Source: Schmidtea polychroa (taxonomy: Eukaryota). Taken from it: DNA of 64,000 nt. Where the stretch lies: positions 160,270,001-160,334,000 of the forward strand of contig CM097885.1 in NCBI GenBank assembly GCA_044892525.1, in the 5' to 3' direction. Positions 13,699 to 27,141 of this stretch are shown piece by piece. The translations under genes and the position numbers were made by a program. The first letter of the stretch is position 1; every line of letters begins with the position of its first letter. A model generated the notes under the pieces. The model saw nothing but the letters and a program-made list of their open reading frames with translations. It was not told the origin of the DNA and ran no database searches.

Positions 13699-15429
13699 TT
13701 ATGAAATTACTTGATTAACATCTGGAACATCGACTCCTAAATAATGTCCATATGCGAGACTGGTATTAGGACCCACCCAAAGGCGCTTGTCATCGTTGTT
13801 CGACAAGGCTATTTTATTATTTTTAAAAGTAAAGAGCTGGTGGTTGCGTGTTCCTATTCTCGTTTGTGGCACCGTATATACTACGCTGTTGTTGTAGCAG
13901 TCTAAATACGACTGGTGCCCTATCTCAGTATTACCAAGCTGAACTCCCTTTGCTTTTAAATGATCTTTATCCCCTAACAAACTATAATACTTAGGTCTTA
14001 AGAAAACCCATTCCTTATACCCTAAACCTTTACTCTCATCCTTAAACTTCCCTATCACAGAATCAAGGTTTCTAGAGTATAAGGGATGTGCTGGGTCATA
14101 GTTGCTAGTATCTAAAAGATTATCACGAATCATTGCCGGCAAAAGAGTGTCAAGCTTACAATGCTTTATCTCTAAGAAAAAGGAGTCAGTGTCACCGGCA
14201 ACGATATATATATCACAATTAAATTTAGACCTGTACTTGGCCAATTCCACATATTGTAGTTGATACATTCTTAGTTTAGACAAATCTAACACTGTTTGAC
14301 CAATATAGCTAGGCCTGTCTAAACATATAGAATCTTTATCCAGATGAGCCACAATCAGATCATCAGCAATTTTGATAGATTTTCTGAAAGTTGGCTTTGA
14401 GGCATATACAATCATCTTTTCAGCTGAATTGCATAGCCTCAAATTCATCCTTTTCTTTAAGTTCTCAATGGATTTCCCATATAAGCTGTTGTTATAAAGC
14501 TTAAACAAATCTCTATATAACTCACTGGTGGATTGTGCTCTTTATGTTGTGTTTTTACCAATGTACGATTTAAAAATGGGTGCTTGCGTGAATTTAACTG
14601 CTCTATAAATTTTAACCACCGTCACACCGAGTGAAAGATAAAGTTTAAGAAGTCTCCAATGAAGAACATAGTTCTTCTTTGGCCAATGCGTGAGCATCAG
14701 CTTCTCGACTTTCGAGTTCGGTGGACACATCTTTTCCGCAGCAATAGGAAAGTCATTAAGGAAGTCATGCAAGCATTCGGGTATATCGATATCAACTTCC
14801 ATAGTATACCCATATGGAAGGTTATCAATATCATCATTCACACATTCAGAAAGTATAATATCCAAATCATCATACATCCATACAAAGTCAGCATAAGGCA
14901 GATTTTGGCTTAAGGCCCAACCATACAAGTTATTAATATCTATGTACAAGAGTTCAGTGTCTTCAGAACTAGCAACATAATGTTTGTTAACAAATGTTAA
15001 CCCACCCCGTATCCCTCCTTCATAGAAATTAAACATTTCCATGTCCTGCAAAAGTTCTATAGGTTCCGTTAATGTCATAAGCGCTGAGGCCCATGACATA
15101 CCGGGAATGCCATAGAAATTAAGAGGCTCAAGACCATTGTAAGCAATGGCCTTTGCACGGAATTGTTGAAAATAGTCTGCGAGGAGAAATACATCTAATT
15201 TAAGATAAGTTAACATGTAATCTAACATGTTGTTGCAATTTTGCTGAGTCCAAATAACTTGGGCTAATGCATACTCATCATTAGACACTGAATCCCAGAT
15301 CGGAGGTAGTTCAAGAGTTGATTCCAAAACCTCAAGCGATGTAGCGAAGTCATATGGAAAGATACCTTTGGATCGAACAATTGCGCCATCAAAAACAGAA
15401 GAAGTTAAAGGCAGATCGGAAAGAGTCAT
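13699..15429 (-). pseudogene. Family-B DNA polymerase of Polinton/Maverick-adintovirus type, 5'-truncated, one in-frame TAA at 14542-14544
   Basis: Motif A YIDINNLYGWALS, motif B KLYNNSLYGK, motif C GDTDS, plus GIRGG, GKFKDE, LRPKYYS, KAKGV. The two listed ORFs are in the same frame, joined by TAA-RAQSTSELYRDLF. Confidence 0.88.
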
Positions 15430-15787
15430 CTACGTATACCAATTAAAGAAATTTGAAATTTCAGTTTTTCAAGTAAATATTTAACCTAAGAATTTTTAGC
15501 GACAAATAAGGGAAAAAGATTGAAGGAATTCAATCTCAATAATTACGTGTTTCTGTAATGGGTAGTCAATAGCAAATTGTAATTATTGTGAGATAAGTGA
15601 ATCTTTCTCCAATTGCAATTCATTTTTATTACATATGTTTGCATGGAATAATAACATCTATAATATAAAAAATCAATAAACTTTATTATCGAAACACTCA
15701 AAGTTACCTGTGTGTTGAATTTTAATGTTTCATAAATAGTGAAATTTATTATAGAAATTGAAAAAGTGATAGGGAAATAAACTTTAA

Positions 15788-16740
15788 CCACTTAATGTAC
15801 GTGCCCGTGACCTATGCGGCCGCATCTTACTGGCAATTTTGTATGCGCCCGTGACATAGACGGGCGAACATTATATTTACTAATGATATTTACGTATAGC
15901 GTGTTTATAACGTGTTGTTTGAATTGTTTAATTATTTAATTTTTTTTAATTACTTTCTTTATTATATTATTTTTTATATGTTTATTTCAGTAAAACTAAT
16001 TCAATAAATCTAATTTGTGCCTTATTGTCATCATAATTTTTTGGTAAGTGAATTTAGAATATAATAATATATAAATAATATAATTATTTTATTTTTTTGA
16101 ATTATTTTCTTTATTATATTATTTTTATATGTTATTTCAGTAAAACACCTTTGAAAATGAGCGATAGTGAGTCAGAATATATCAATCTATCGGAAAGTGA
16201 TTCCGAAGAAAGTGATTATGCCGAAACTAAATCCGAGGTAAGCGACGATGAGGCCAATTTGGATTTAGCGAGAAACTGGTATACTATAAGTACAAATCAG
16301 CCGGTCCCTGTGCCACCAAGATATCCATTTATTGGGGCTACTGACTGCACTTTTGCACTGCCAGAACAACTTGATGTTTTAGCATATTATCAATTATTTT
16401 TTGATGATTCTTTGATCAATCAGATTGTTACGGAAACAAATAGATTTGCGGAACAGCAGCCAGGATCAGCATCAAGATCATGGTCGCCAGTTACTGCTAA
16501 AGAATTACACGTTTTTTCGGAATGAAAGTACTCCAAGGCATCGTGAACAAACCGGAGGAAAGAATGTTCTGGACAACTTATACAATTTACTATTTCGCCC
16601 CACCCCCAGATAAAGTACACTTGCTACGCCAATGAAAACAATTTTTTTTTATTTAATTTGGTATATAAACAAAATTTTCACTTAAAAAAATTCGATAAGA
16701 TTTTGACACAAAATTCAAAATAAATGTGTACTTTAAGTGG
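15788..16740 (+). mobile_element. Internally deleted piggyBac element
   Basis: TTAA TSD at 15784-87 and 16741-44; 13-bp TIR CCACTTAATGTAC / GTACTTTAAGTGG; transposase N-terminus (YQLFFDDSLINQIVTETNRFA..W.PVT..EL, then frameshifted FGMKVLQGIVNKP..FW). Confidence 0.9.
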
Positions 16741-18554
16741 TTAACACACAAGTACAACATATAATAAGATATCTTTGTAAAATTTCGATGTATATAAATG
16801 TTGCATATAATAATAACATTTAAAATTTACGTCTTATCTTCCTAACTTCGCTCATATGAAGTTATTGTGTGATGTCTCAGTATAGGATAATATCAGAGAA
16901 ACAAAGATCTTGTCACATAAAAGTATTAAAACAAAAATCTTCGTTAGAAAATTGAAGTAAAGTAAAGTATGATTCTTTTTCACTCCTTCTGTGTCAAAGT
17001 TCCAGGCATTTATATTGTCGTTTTGATGTGGCCGATTGGTACTGTGAATACTGTGTGTTTAGTTAATTAAATTTTAATTTATTTTTAATTTATTATCATT
17101 TCTTCTATCACCAACTAGGTTTATTCCAATTTTTCACTGTTTTAGTCGACATTGAAGTATCTATTAATTTTTTAATGTGTTTTGCTCTCCTCCTGTTTGC
17201 GTTTATTGATTTCATTACATTTGTTTAATATTTATTTAGTGTTCCATTTCATTATTACGGGTTTCTTTGATGTTTCTGTAATTTTTTGTCAATTCTTGTA
17301 ACGATGGGTTCTAGTCCAACATAAGATAAGGGTCTTAGGGGCCTATACTCACTCCTCCCCACTAAAAAAACAAAAGTACAAATGGAGGTGAAAATTCACA
17401 GTTAACAACGATAGCTTAAATACAATGGGAAAATATTTTCCGATTAGAATATGATATGAATGACATTTTACATAATTGCATATTTTTGGTGAAGGTTCAC
17501 TGACCCTATACAAATTTACTACAAATAATTAATTTTAGATTACATTATGATAAGACACTTTCAGAAGAAGATACTTTCAGTCAGTGTCACATTCATACAT
17601 AGATACACTGAACTCGCGCCTAGAGCAAACAAACAAATGAAATTAAAAAAATTATTAAAAATTAACATTTTTGAATTTTAACTTCAACGACTTATTTTAT
17701 GTGTAAACTATTTTATATATTTGATTATTACCTATGCATTCAGGTGATCATAATAATTTCAATTTGAGTTGTCCGTTATTAAAATATTCCCAGAGGTTGA
17801 AATGCCTGCAACGGACCGTACCCGGGACAGTAAAACTACAACCAAAGAAGTTGTAGGAAAAGGACTCGTTCGAATCCTTATACCGTCACAACATAGAATG
17901 ACATCCACTTGTTCAAGTTAATATAAAATTAATGACCTGCCACAATATAAAACACAAAACATTTTTAAATAGAGAGCAGAGCTGTACCATTTTTGTTTTT
18001 ATACATAATATTTTCCCTCATAAAATAACAGTTATCATAGAACTAAGCAATAATAGACATACACCAAAACCTTATGAAATCAAATCAATCCTTACCGTAT
18101 CGTGTGAATTTGAAATTGCTTAGTCAAATAATTCCTTAAATTGGCGCTTTAACTCCTTGAATATCGAGTATAAGCTTGAAGGTTGTTAAAGGTTTAGATT
18201 TTTATTAACAAAAAAATGGTAATAGTCTGCCGAGACGTTGACCTTATACAGGCTTTTGTTTGTTCACTTGACCAATCAGGTGCGATCACGTTTACGCGTT
18301 CTGATCATTTAATTTTATCATTTTTTAGTTTAAATTCCAATAAATTTGATTGATCTATTTCATCTGTGGTTTTAATTGTTGGTTTTTACTTTTCTTTTCC
18401 TGGTGTACTGAGCGATCCTCTTGTTTCAGTTTAACCTCTTAGGAGATCTGATTCTCCTTGCTAATTTGTGTCTTTTTTCGGTTATTTTTATGAATTTCTG
18501 CTTTAAATTTGTCCAACTTCTTCATGTAATATTAACTATATTAACTATATATTA

Positions 18555-18680
18555 ACTATATATTAACTTCCCTTTGTATGTATGTTTAAATGTTTATATG
18601 AGCCATGCAAATCATGCGACAAGCAAATCCACTTCCTGTGATCGGATCGAGCTGAAATTTGGCAGATAGATTTTTCGTTA
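18555..18680 (-). repeat. Dispersed repeat, copy 1 (resembles the ends of non-autonomous Helitron/Helentron-type elements)
   Basis: Reverse-complement match to 32725-32850 (GCCAAATTTCAGCTCGATCCGATC...ACATACATACAAAG..GAAGTTAATATAG). The class assignment is tentative. Confidence 0.45.
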
Positions 18681-19426
18681 GTTTTTATTTGTGTTATTTA
18701 TTCATTTAGGCTTTAGTTGGTGTTTTTTCCGTGAATTTAAAAGCTGTTATGCGATTTCTATGTTGTGTAGCTTCGTCTCGGCTTACAATGCATTACCTCT
18801 TTAAATTTACTTTACTAATTTTAAATATCTTATTTTGGTTTTTCCTACTGGAATCCATTCCATATTCGCACGATTCTTAGCCGAACATTTGGAATCCCGG
18901 ATACACTCCTCTTGTTCTTCGATTTTCGGTATATCAAAGTATTCGGAGGTTCTCATGAATCCGTTTGGCACAGGTTAAGAGCCTCTATGAAAAATTACAA
19001 TTATTGTTTATTGTGTAGTCAGGGTACTTATTTAACCTATCACGTATACATCATCGAAAACATAATTAAAGTGAAAATTCAAAAAAACATAAAATATCTG
19101 TGTATTTTTGCTTCGAAATCAAGCATACATTTATATTTGGTTGATAGTAACCAAAATTAGAAGGGAGATTTTCTATTTTATAAAATTATCACAAACGGCA
19201 TCTAGTGATAAAAAATTACTAAATTCTACCGGATTATTTTTTCTAATTTTCAACCAATAAACAATGTTGACTGTTTTTTCTCACAACTTTGTATTTGCGG
19301 ATGTCAGTTGGTTGAGGTGCAAGACAATGTGAAAAGTTCCGAAAGGTATTAGTAAATCTCAAAGAAAAACCAACGATCAACAGTCATTGTTCGAGAAATT
19401 TGGAAAATAAAATATGAAAGACAGGT

Positions 19427-20227
19427 TTAGGTAATAGATTTCGAATGATTCCTTCTGTACGTTTTATCAAGCGTTCGCAGAGAATAAATCTTTTTCTGTT
19501 TTTCAATTCTTTTTGTGGGATTTTTGGTTTTGGCTTGAAATTTGTTATTGTTATTTGTACATTGAACTCCTTCAGAATCGGTAAGAATTTTATCCAGAGG
19601 TTGGTCGTTGTCATCACTGTCACCGTTAGAGATTGCGGTAATATAGCCTGGCATAATCGTATTTGAAGGAATCATTTGATGATGAGGCGAGTAAATTACC
19701 CAGGGATTGTTAATTATAGAATTATTAGCTTCTAAACTGGGATGAATGTGTTGAAATGTGGTCACTGGTGGAGGAGTTAAAGTTGATGAGCAGGAATTAT
19801 CATATGCTAGAGTTTCGACAAGTTCATCTATTTGCTTTTGATCTTGACTTGCATTTGCGTACGGTAAGCAAGGCTGAGGCCCAGGGACTGCTGATACAGT
19901 CGGCTGAGCAATTGAAACTACTCCATATTCTGGATGAGAATAAAGATTTGGTGTATATCCATATGATGAATGTGGCTGATACCATTGCCTGAACCACGGA
20001 TTGTACATGGGCTGGGCGTTGAAATATGGATAAGAGTTCAATGGTGGTAGAAAGTTAGTTTGGGGATACATATTATGACCATATACGGGCTGTACCGACA
20101 AAGGTTTTGGTGAATGGACTGACGACGTAAGTTGGTTGTGCATAGTTATATAATTAGTTATACTTCCATCTGAATCTTCAGTTTGACCGGCATTCAACGA
20201 AATAGAATTGTGCTTTGGACAGTTCAT
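19427..20227 (-). CDS. Uncharacterised Pro/Tyr/Gln/Asn-rich low-complexity protein with basic C-terminus, 266 aa
   Basis: Long uninterrupted ORF in AT-rich DNA; no family motif recognised. Confidence 0.55.
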   Translation of the reverse strand: MNCPKHNSISLNAGQTEDSDGSITNYITMHNQLTSSVHSPKPLSVQPVYGHNMYPQTNFLPPLNSYPYFNAQPMYNPWFRQWYQPHSSYGYTPNLYSHPEYGVVSIAQPTVSAVPGPQPCLPYANASQDQKQIDELVETLAYDNSCSSTLTPPPVTTFQHIHPSLEANNSIINNPWVIYSPHHQMIPSNTIMPGYITAISNGDSDDNDQPLDKILTDSEGVQCTNNNNKFQAKTKNPTKRIEKQKKIYSLRTLDKTYRRNHSKSIT

Positions 20228-20836
20228 AAAATCATAATTGTCTTCATTATTTTTAAAAGTTGGCTGGGTGTTGTATGCGATTCGATATGCTAATTTACCT
20301 AAATGAAAAGAAATAAGAAAAAGACATCAAAACCAACAAATAATCTTTAACATATACATTTTTAAGAGAATAATTATCTAACCAATCATGGTAAAAAAAT
20401 CACTGACAATAATAAAAGCTATATTCAATAATTAAAGTTTTTATCTAATTTTTTACTACACATGTTTGCATGGAATAACAACTTTTATATATAAATTTAA
20501 AAGTTGTAGAAAAAATAAATTGAACACACAGACAAAACACATAGTAAAAGATTTTTAAAATTTTAATATTTGGAGAGGCTGATTAAAATTAAGAATTCAA
20601 TGCCGAAAACACTGATTAACTAAATTTTAAAAAATATTAACTGTCAAAAAAGAAAGAATAAACAGTAAATGATGAGAGCGAATTTCGTTTTAAATGGTTA
20701 TTATGAATACCAAAAGGTTTCTCTACCTCTATAATATACAAATTTAGAAAGAAAAACTTAAAAGTCAAAATAAAAACCTGAAAACATTATTTAATAAAAA
20801 ATCACCTAAAAAATTTACCACCAATTCTAAAGAATA

Positions 20837-21497
20837 AACTGACCGTTATGGAAGATTTCAAACCCGAAATAAATAATGAATTTTTAAAAGAAGTTAAACT
20901 TTTTATAAAATTTGCTATGAATATATCGAAGAATGGATAGTGAACTTTAGAGCATTAAATTGTTTCAAATGGACCCTTCTAAATAGTAAAATTGAATAGA
21001 AAGAAGTTTCTTCAGCAGTCGAATTTGTAATGAAGGAAGTAAAAGATATTGTTATTAATGACAATTTTCTCTTTGAAGAAATTCGAAAAGTAAATTTATA
21101 TTTAAATGAAGAAAAATTGAAGAAATGGAACGATGAGAAAATAGAACTTGACAATAGATGGGTAGAAATCTTTCGGCATTTTAGAGTAGAACATATCCCC
21201 CATGAAAATTTAAAAGTTTTAATAGAAATTTCCTTATATTGTCCAGGCACTAATGCTGCTGTTGAAAGGGTATTTTCACTAGGGAATGATTATTGGAGCA
21301 GTGAGAAGTCGCAACATTCTGTAAAAACATTATCTGCCGTCTTAACGGTCAAATTTAATATGCAAAATGAAAGTTATTCGGATGTGGCTACATTATTAGA
21401 CGAACATCCTCATTTAGCAAAAAAAATCCACTTCGAAGAAAAATATGTTTTTAAAAGAAAATATAGTTTTTATCGTTTTTTCTTTTTTCACCTATGA
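20837..21497 (+). pseudogene. hAT transposase C-terminal fragment (dimerisation domain)
   Basis: WVEIF...LIEISLYCPGTNAAVERVFS....W...Q.SVKTL.A.L.VK.N; the same frame extends upstream through one stop. Confidence 0.75.
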
Positions 21498-21837
21498 AAT
21501 ACTTGCAAAGTGTACTCTTTTTGAACAAAAAATAGTTGGTCATCTTACTAAAATAGATTTAAAAAATGAAAATATGTGGCTAATAATATAAAAACATCAA
21601 ATTTAAGTTTAAATTTATTAAAAATTACTCTAATTTATAGAAAATCCAAATAAAAACCAAATTTATAATTTGAATGAAAGTAACTGATGAAAAATCATGA
21701 GTCATTTATAGAAATTTTTATTCCGAGGAAATGGATGTATCATATTTTGTTTCATTGACAGAGACGGAGCCAAAGAATTTATTTATGAGGGAACTTTTAT
21801 TTCTTCCACTTTCACCACTGATTATTTTATCCTTTGA

Positions 21838-21904
21838 ATTGAAAAGAGAGTTTGAAGACTATAAATCAGTATATTACTGATTTATAGTCTTCAAACTCTC
21901 TTTT

Positions 21905-21908
<4 letters not shown>
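21838..21908. repeat. Perfect 34-bp-arm palindrome (3-nt loop), followed by (TA)n
   Basis: ATTGAAAAGAGAGTTTGAAGACTATAAATCAGTA-tat-TACTGATTTATAGTCTTCAAACTCTCTTTTCAAT. The same arms flank an internal segment at 27386-27527. Confidence 0.95.
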
Positions 21909-21944
<36 letters not shown>

Positions 21945-22935
21945 AAAATATCAGTAAAGATGTAATTGGGAAAACGAAGAGTAAAACTTGACACTCCGTA
22001 TAGCAAATTTAAATTATGAAACCCTATAATACACGTTATTAATCGTAATTTATGACTATTTACGATAATGTATGCGCCACCAAGGAGTTGAATTTACTGT
22101 TTGAAGGAGCTTTCTCGATGCAATAAGATCGACATTTAAAGCTAAAATTGTTGGAGTTATGATAACTGCATCTCATAATTCCGAATATGATAATGGATTT
22201 CAGTTAGTTGATCCAGATAGTGAAATGCTTATAAGGAAATGTGAATTCATTGCCATGGAAGATATGGCATTTTGAATTCAGACAAATTATGCAGATGGAT
22301 TAAAATATTACGGAAATATTTGCTATTTTAATTCTTAGCTACAAGTTTATTTCCATATTGTTGAACTGAAAGAAACTATGCTTAGATTTTCTGTTAAGGA
22401 TATTCCTGAGGAATTCATTATCAACAGAATTAGTGTTGGTAGCAGAGTGCGGTTCCCTTCGAAGGCCACGAACTAATGCCTAAAAATTGGGCCAGGTTTG
22501 GAGGCTTCTAAAGTTGATCGAGCTTCACCATAAAAAGGTCCTTTATTGATTTCAATGAAAATATAAATTTGATCAAGCTGGAGGAATTGGTTGCAATGAC
22601 TCAATGGGAATTTTGGACAACAAGGAGATTACTACTAGAAAGGAGGCGCTTCAAGGAAGTGAAAATTTTCAAATCCGTAAAATTTTTAAAACGATTTTAT
22701 TATTTGTAAAGTTGATTTATGTTGATACAATTTTTATTCACTACTATGGTGATTAATGGGTTTGTAGACTGGGGAATGCTCAATTGATTCCAAATTGAAT
22801 CCAGCTCGTTTATAAAGTCAAAAGATTACTGCTGTGTGCCCAGTATTCTTTCTAGATACAGCCAGATACTGGTAGATTTATGACACTCAAAACAATTCTA
22901 CAATTTCTATTATCACACTCATACAAAAAAGCGCG

Positions 22936-23068
22936 CAAATATTTGTTAAAACTATTAGAAAAAAACGATTACTCTTCAAGTTAAATCTGATGACACGATA
23001 GTTAATGTTGAATCGAAAATGCAGGATAAAGAAGGCATTTCACCAAACCAACAAAGATTAATTTTTCA
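22936..23068 (+). pseudogene. Ubiquitin-like fragment with a 1-nt frameshift
   Basis: [43 protein letters not shown] aligns by eye to ubiquitin residues 2-45. Confidence 0.8.
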
Positions 23069-23149
23069 GGTACAATCATCATTCATGAAGTTAAAAGACG
23101 AAATATGTTCCAACCTTAGAAAAAATGATAAAATTAACTATTCATATGT

Positions 23150-24760
23150 TTTCATGAAGTTTGAAGAAATTTAATTCTTGAAGACCTACCGAGGTTCGAG
23201 TCAATAGGCTTTAGAATCAAATAAAAAGAAATTGCAATATTTGGTAGGAGATCCTATAAAATTGATAGAGAATCTTGGCCACTCAGCCAAGGTATGTTAA
23301 GTTAAAGCTAGATTACAATCGAAAGGAGCTAGCGTACAAGAACCTTCTACATTTAGAAGCCAAGAGAAAAAGATTTAGAAGCACTAGTCAGTTTAATTAG
23401 GACGTTTATTGTACAGCTAGAAAATGTGGAGAGAAACGTTGAATCAATTTTAGATGAATGGATGGTTGTATCAAAGATTTGCAGAGAAAGTAGAGATTTT
23501 AAAAGGTTGGTTGCAAAAAAGAATTGCAGAGAATAAAATTAATTTGAGAAATCAAACAAAGCAAAGATTTTTCTAAATTTCAATATGAGAGGGATGCAAG
23601 AAAACCTTTAGATACATAATTAGGGTCTCATTTTATGTTTATTGAAATATATAGAAGGAAAGTAAAATGTTTTAGTTGCTGCGGATACCATTTTACAAAG
23701 GATTGCTCAAACCTTCAAGGACAAAGTGAAAATTCAATATTGTGGAAATGATTACTATATTCAAAAAGACATAACTTGAGTTTTTGTCCGGAATTCAAGA
23801 AGATAAATATAGAACAGCGAATGATAAAGGTGGAAGATTTGAAGCTCTGTCCCAATTGTTTGATGAACAATCTTGTTAAGTAAAAAAACATTTCGAGTGA
23901 AAAGAAATTGAAAAATGAGTCAAAACATCTGTCCACATTTATGAGTATTTAAGAGAATCATTTAGATCAGTTGAAGAAATGAATAAGCCCCAGGACAGTC
24001 CTTATTATACTTGAAAATGGAAACAGACACATTGTAGTCAACGCCGTTAAGTTTTGTCAGTGCTAGTATGGCATCAAAACTCAATCTTAAGGGGAAAGAA
24101 ATTTACACACCAATAAAGGCTTTCAGTGGAAAATAGAGGAAACCTCAGCTTAATAGGTAAAAATGATATTAAAGAATATAGAACGAAATGTTGTTATAAC
24201 TTTAAGAACAACGGCACTCAAGTCAGTAACAGGTGATATCGATTGGAGTACAGCTGCTCAATCGTGGTCACACTTGAAAGGAATAACATTTCCATCTATC
24301 CATTGAAAACAGATTGTTGATATTTTAATCGATGCAAATTATTTAGATTTACAGAAGACAATTAGATAAGTCAGTAGTAAATACAACAATCATATTGCAA
24401 GATTGACATAACTGGACTGGTCTATGTTGGAGGGTCAGCAGTTGGAAAGACTTTCTTTCACCAAGAAAATTTTGTGCAAACAATTTTTGTCATTGAAAAA
24501 AGTGTGGAAGTTAAAACTCAGCAATTATTTAGTTGCGCTGACGATAATCATAAATCTGTAATTCAAAAAGAATTATTTGCAGTTAATGAAGGCTTATCCC
24601 AACTCATTTAAATGAGTCAAAGAAGTATTTCCATGTGGCAACGGCAAGGTTAGAGTAATGAAAATAAGAGTGATGATTCTACAAAGTTATCATTGATTGA
24701 GTTGACAAGATGTCAAGAGGTGGAGGATGTAGTGAAATTGATTGAGTATTTCCACTCTTA
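23150..24760 (+). pseudogene. Heavily degraded Bel/Pao-like gag-protease remnant
   Basis: Fragments KCFSCCGYHFTKDC and HNLSFCPEFKKINIEQR..KVEDLKLCPNCL resemble the Bel/Pao Cys-His array; downstream protease-like debris. Confidence 0.5.
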
Positions 24761-26630
24761 GGATATGCGTCCAATCAGATGTTTTGGTTTTAAATATTTT
24801 ACTTGTTCAAATGTATCATAAAACTTCATTTCATTTTAGACTATTGATCAGTATCTTACTATTTTATTTAACACGAATTTTGAGTATTCGTTAGCAACTC
24901 TCCAACAGGGACTTAAAAAAGATGTCCCTAAAATTCATGTTAATTATAAAACAGTCAAGTTTTTTAATAAATACAATGTCAATTATAAAGAAACCAGTGG
25001 TGAAAATTGAAAAAAGTCAATTGCAAAGATAAATAATATTATAAATGTGATGAACGCAGTTCCAAATCGGTGGCTCACAATATCATTTTAGGGATTACAT
25101 AAAAAAGACTTAACTTTAAGAGCGGCCTTGGCATCAAACTACCAATGACGCTATGGACTGGAAACAATTAATATCTCAGTGAGTGCTAAAGTATTCTTGA
25201 TATTAGTGAATCTTCTATTACCGCTCAAATGTTTTTTTATCTTATCATTATTTTGAGTTAATCTAATTATATAATAAAAAAAATAATTTTTAATATTTTA
25301 GCAAATATACATCCCCTAATACTAGACCCATTTTTAGTATTCCAAATATTGAATATATAATTATATAAAAGAGGTCCGTGGTGTCTTCAAAGTTAAAATA
25401 TGTATCTTTTTCAATTTTACACTTTCAATTTGAAAACAAAAATATTGGGAACCAATGTGTCATATAATTATTTTCTGTTTTGAAGTCCCATAATATTGAA
25501 ATCAGTTCTCGAAATATCCTAATACTTTATTTAATATAACCAAATATATAAATTTTAGAAAATAATGTCTTGCTTTCAATTTAACACAGCAAATTCAAAA
25601 ATAATAGAATTCAAAAAACAATATTATTCAGATATTCAATTATTTCCCCTTTTAATTACATACCTGAAGTGTAGCATTATCATAGAGTTATTTACACATT
25701 GCAAAACATAAAATCTTTATGGAGTGTGTTGGGATTATTTAAATCCACCAAAATGAGTAATTACAAATAACAAATTATTGCCCAAAACTTTTATTAAAAT
25801 TCTGAAAAATTCACATTTTAAATTTTGTCTGATTATGTTAGTGAATTTCAATGGAATTTTTTCATAAAAATGTAAGTTATTTTTAATGTTTAAATTTATT
25901 AAATAAATAAATAAACATTAAAAATATATTGAGCCAATTTCCCATAATTTCCTCTTTCATCAAAGATTTTGTATAAAAATTGTAATGTGGTGATAATGAC
26001 GTTTTAATAATAATAAACCACTAAAACTCACAAATTTATTCCTTCGTTTTCCCAAATATGAAAATGTACTTCAGGTACCATACTTGTAAATGTTTTCCAA
26101 GTTCATATAAAAAAGATTATTTGCTTAAAAATGGTATATCTATTTTAGGTAGTGTATTTTATAACTTTTTTGAATGTTCGTTTTATTATAGAAATTGTAT
26201 GCACAATGTTTATATGTTTCACTAATTTGTTTACCCTTCCTTGAATTCTATCATAAATTTTCACCACACAGGTGAATTTGTATGTTTCTTATAATATAAT
26301 TTATTTTTTATTTTGTAGGCGGCTATTTTATGTGGAATAATAACGATTTATATTTAAGAAAACCTTTACGAGAAAGTAATTGTGTTTAAAAAATATGAAG
26401 ATGTATTTCATATAAAGAATGAAAATGTATATCAAGATGCCATTCTAAAATACCTAGTGATCTTTGTCATGTTTTCAACCAGGGCAAAAGTGAAACAAGA
26501 AAAGTCACCAACAACTTAAAATAATGAAATGGATGACTGAAAGACGAGATTGACAAACCGATTCAATCTATTCAGAAATATAGCAAAAATCTGCAATTCT
26601 GTAAAAGACTACTATTATGGATTCAGTCAG

Positions 26631-27141
26631 CTACTTAAGGCATATAATCCTACTATCTGGAAATTTATTAATTACTGTTTTGGGAAGAGATATTTTACGA
26701 AGGATCGATTTCGCTAGATTTGTTTCACAGTTGAGATTGTCATCATTATTGCAGGCTTGAAATTCTTGATTTCGAATAGAGCAAACAGAATTCATTTTTT
26801 TGGTACCTTTTAACTTTAAATTCGTGGATGACTTTAGATTTTTATAAACTTTAAAATTCAAATTTCTGTCAAATTGAGGCAACGAATTGTTAGATTCTTC
26901 CAATAACTGATCTTCTGTGACAAATGAACCATATCCCAATTTGCAAATGAAATCTAAACAACTCTATTCCATCAGTAGAAACTATTTCTCCATTAAGACT
27001 TATCTCTTTGTCATTCGAGTTAAAATCAAGATCTCTTTCATTTATTTTCATTGAAAAATCACCAAATGATTCAGTTCTCAACGAATTCAGATTATTATAA
27101 GGATTACAAGGATTACAAGGATTATATCAGATTACAAGGAC
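26631..27141 (-). other. Possible terminal exon / 3' region of the MARF1-like gene (ambiguous)
   Basis: Acceptor TTTTAG at about 27141. The phase-compatible frame stops after VLVI, yet two overlapping open frames (26890-27081, 26631-26939) follow. Confidence 0.3.

Noticed and set aside
17855-17885. GTTCGAATCC B-box / tRNA-like sequence
   Set aside because: No A-box or cloverleaf can be folded around it.
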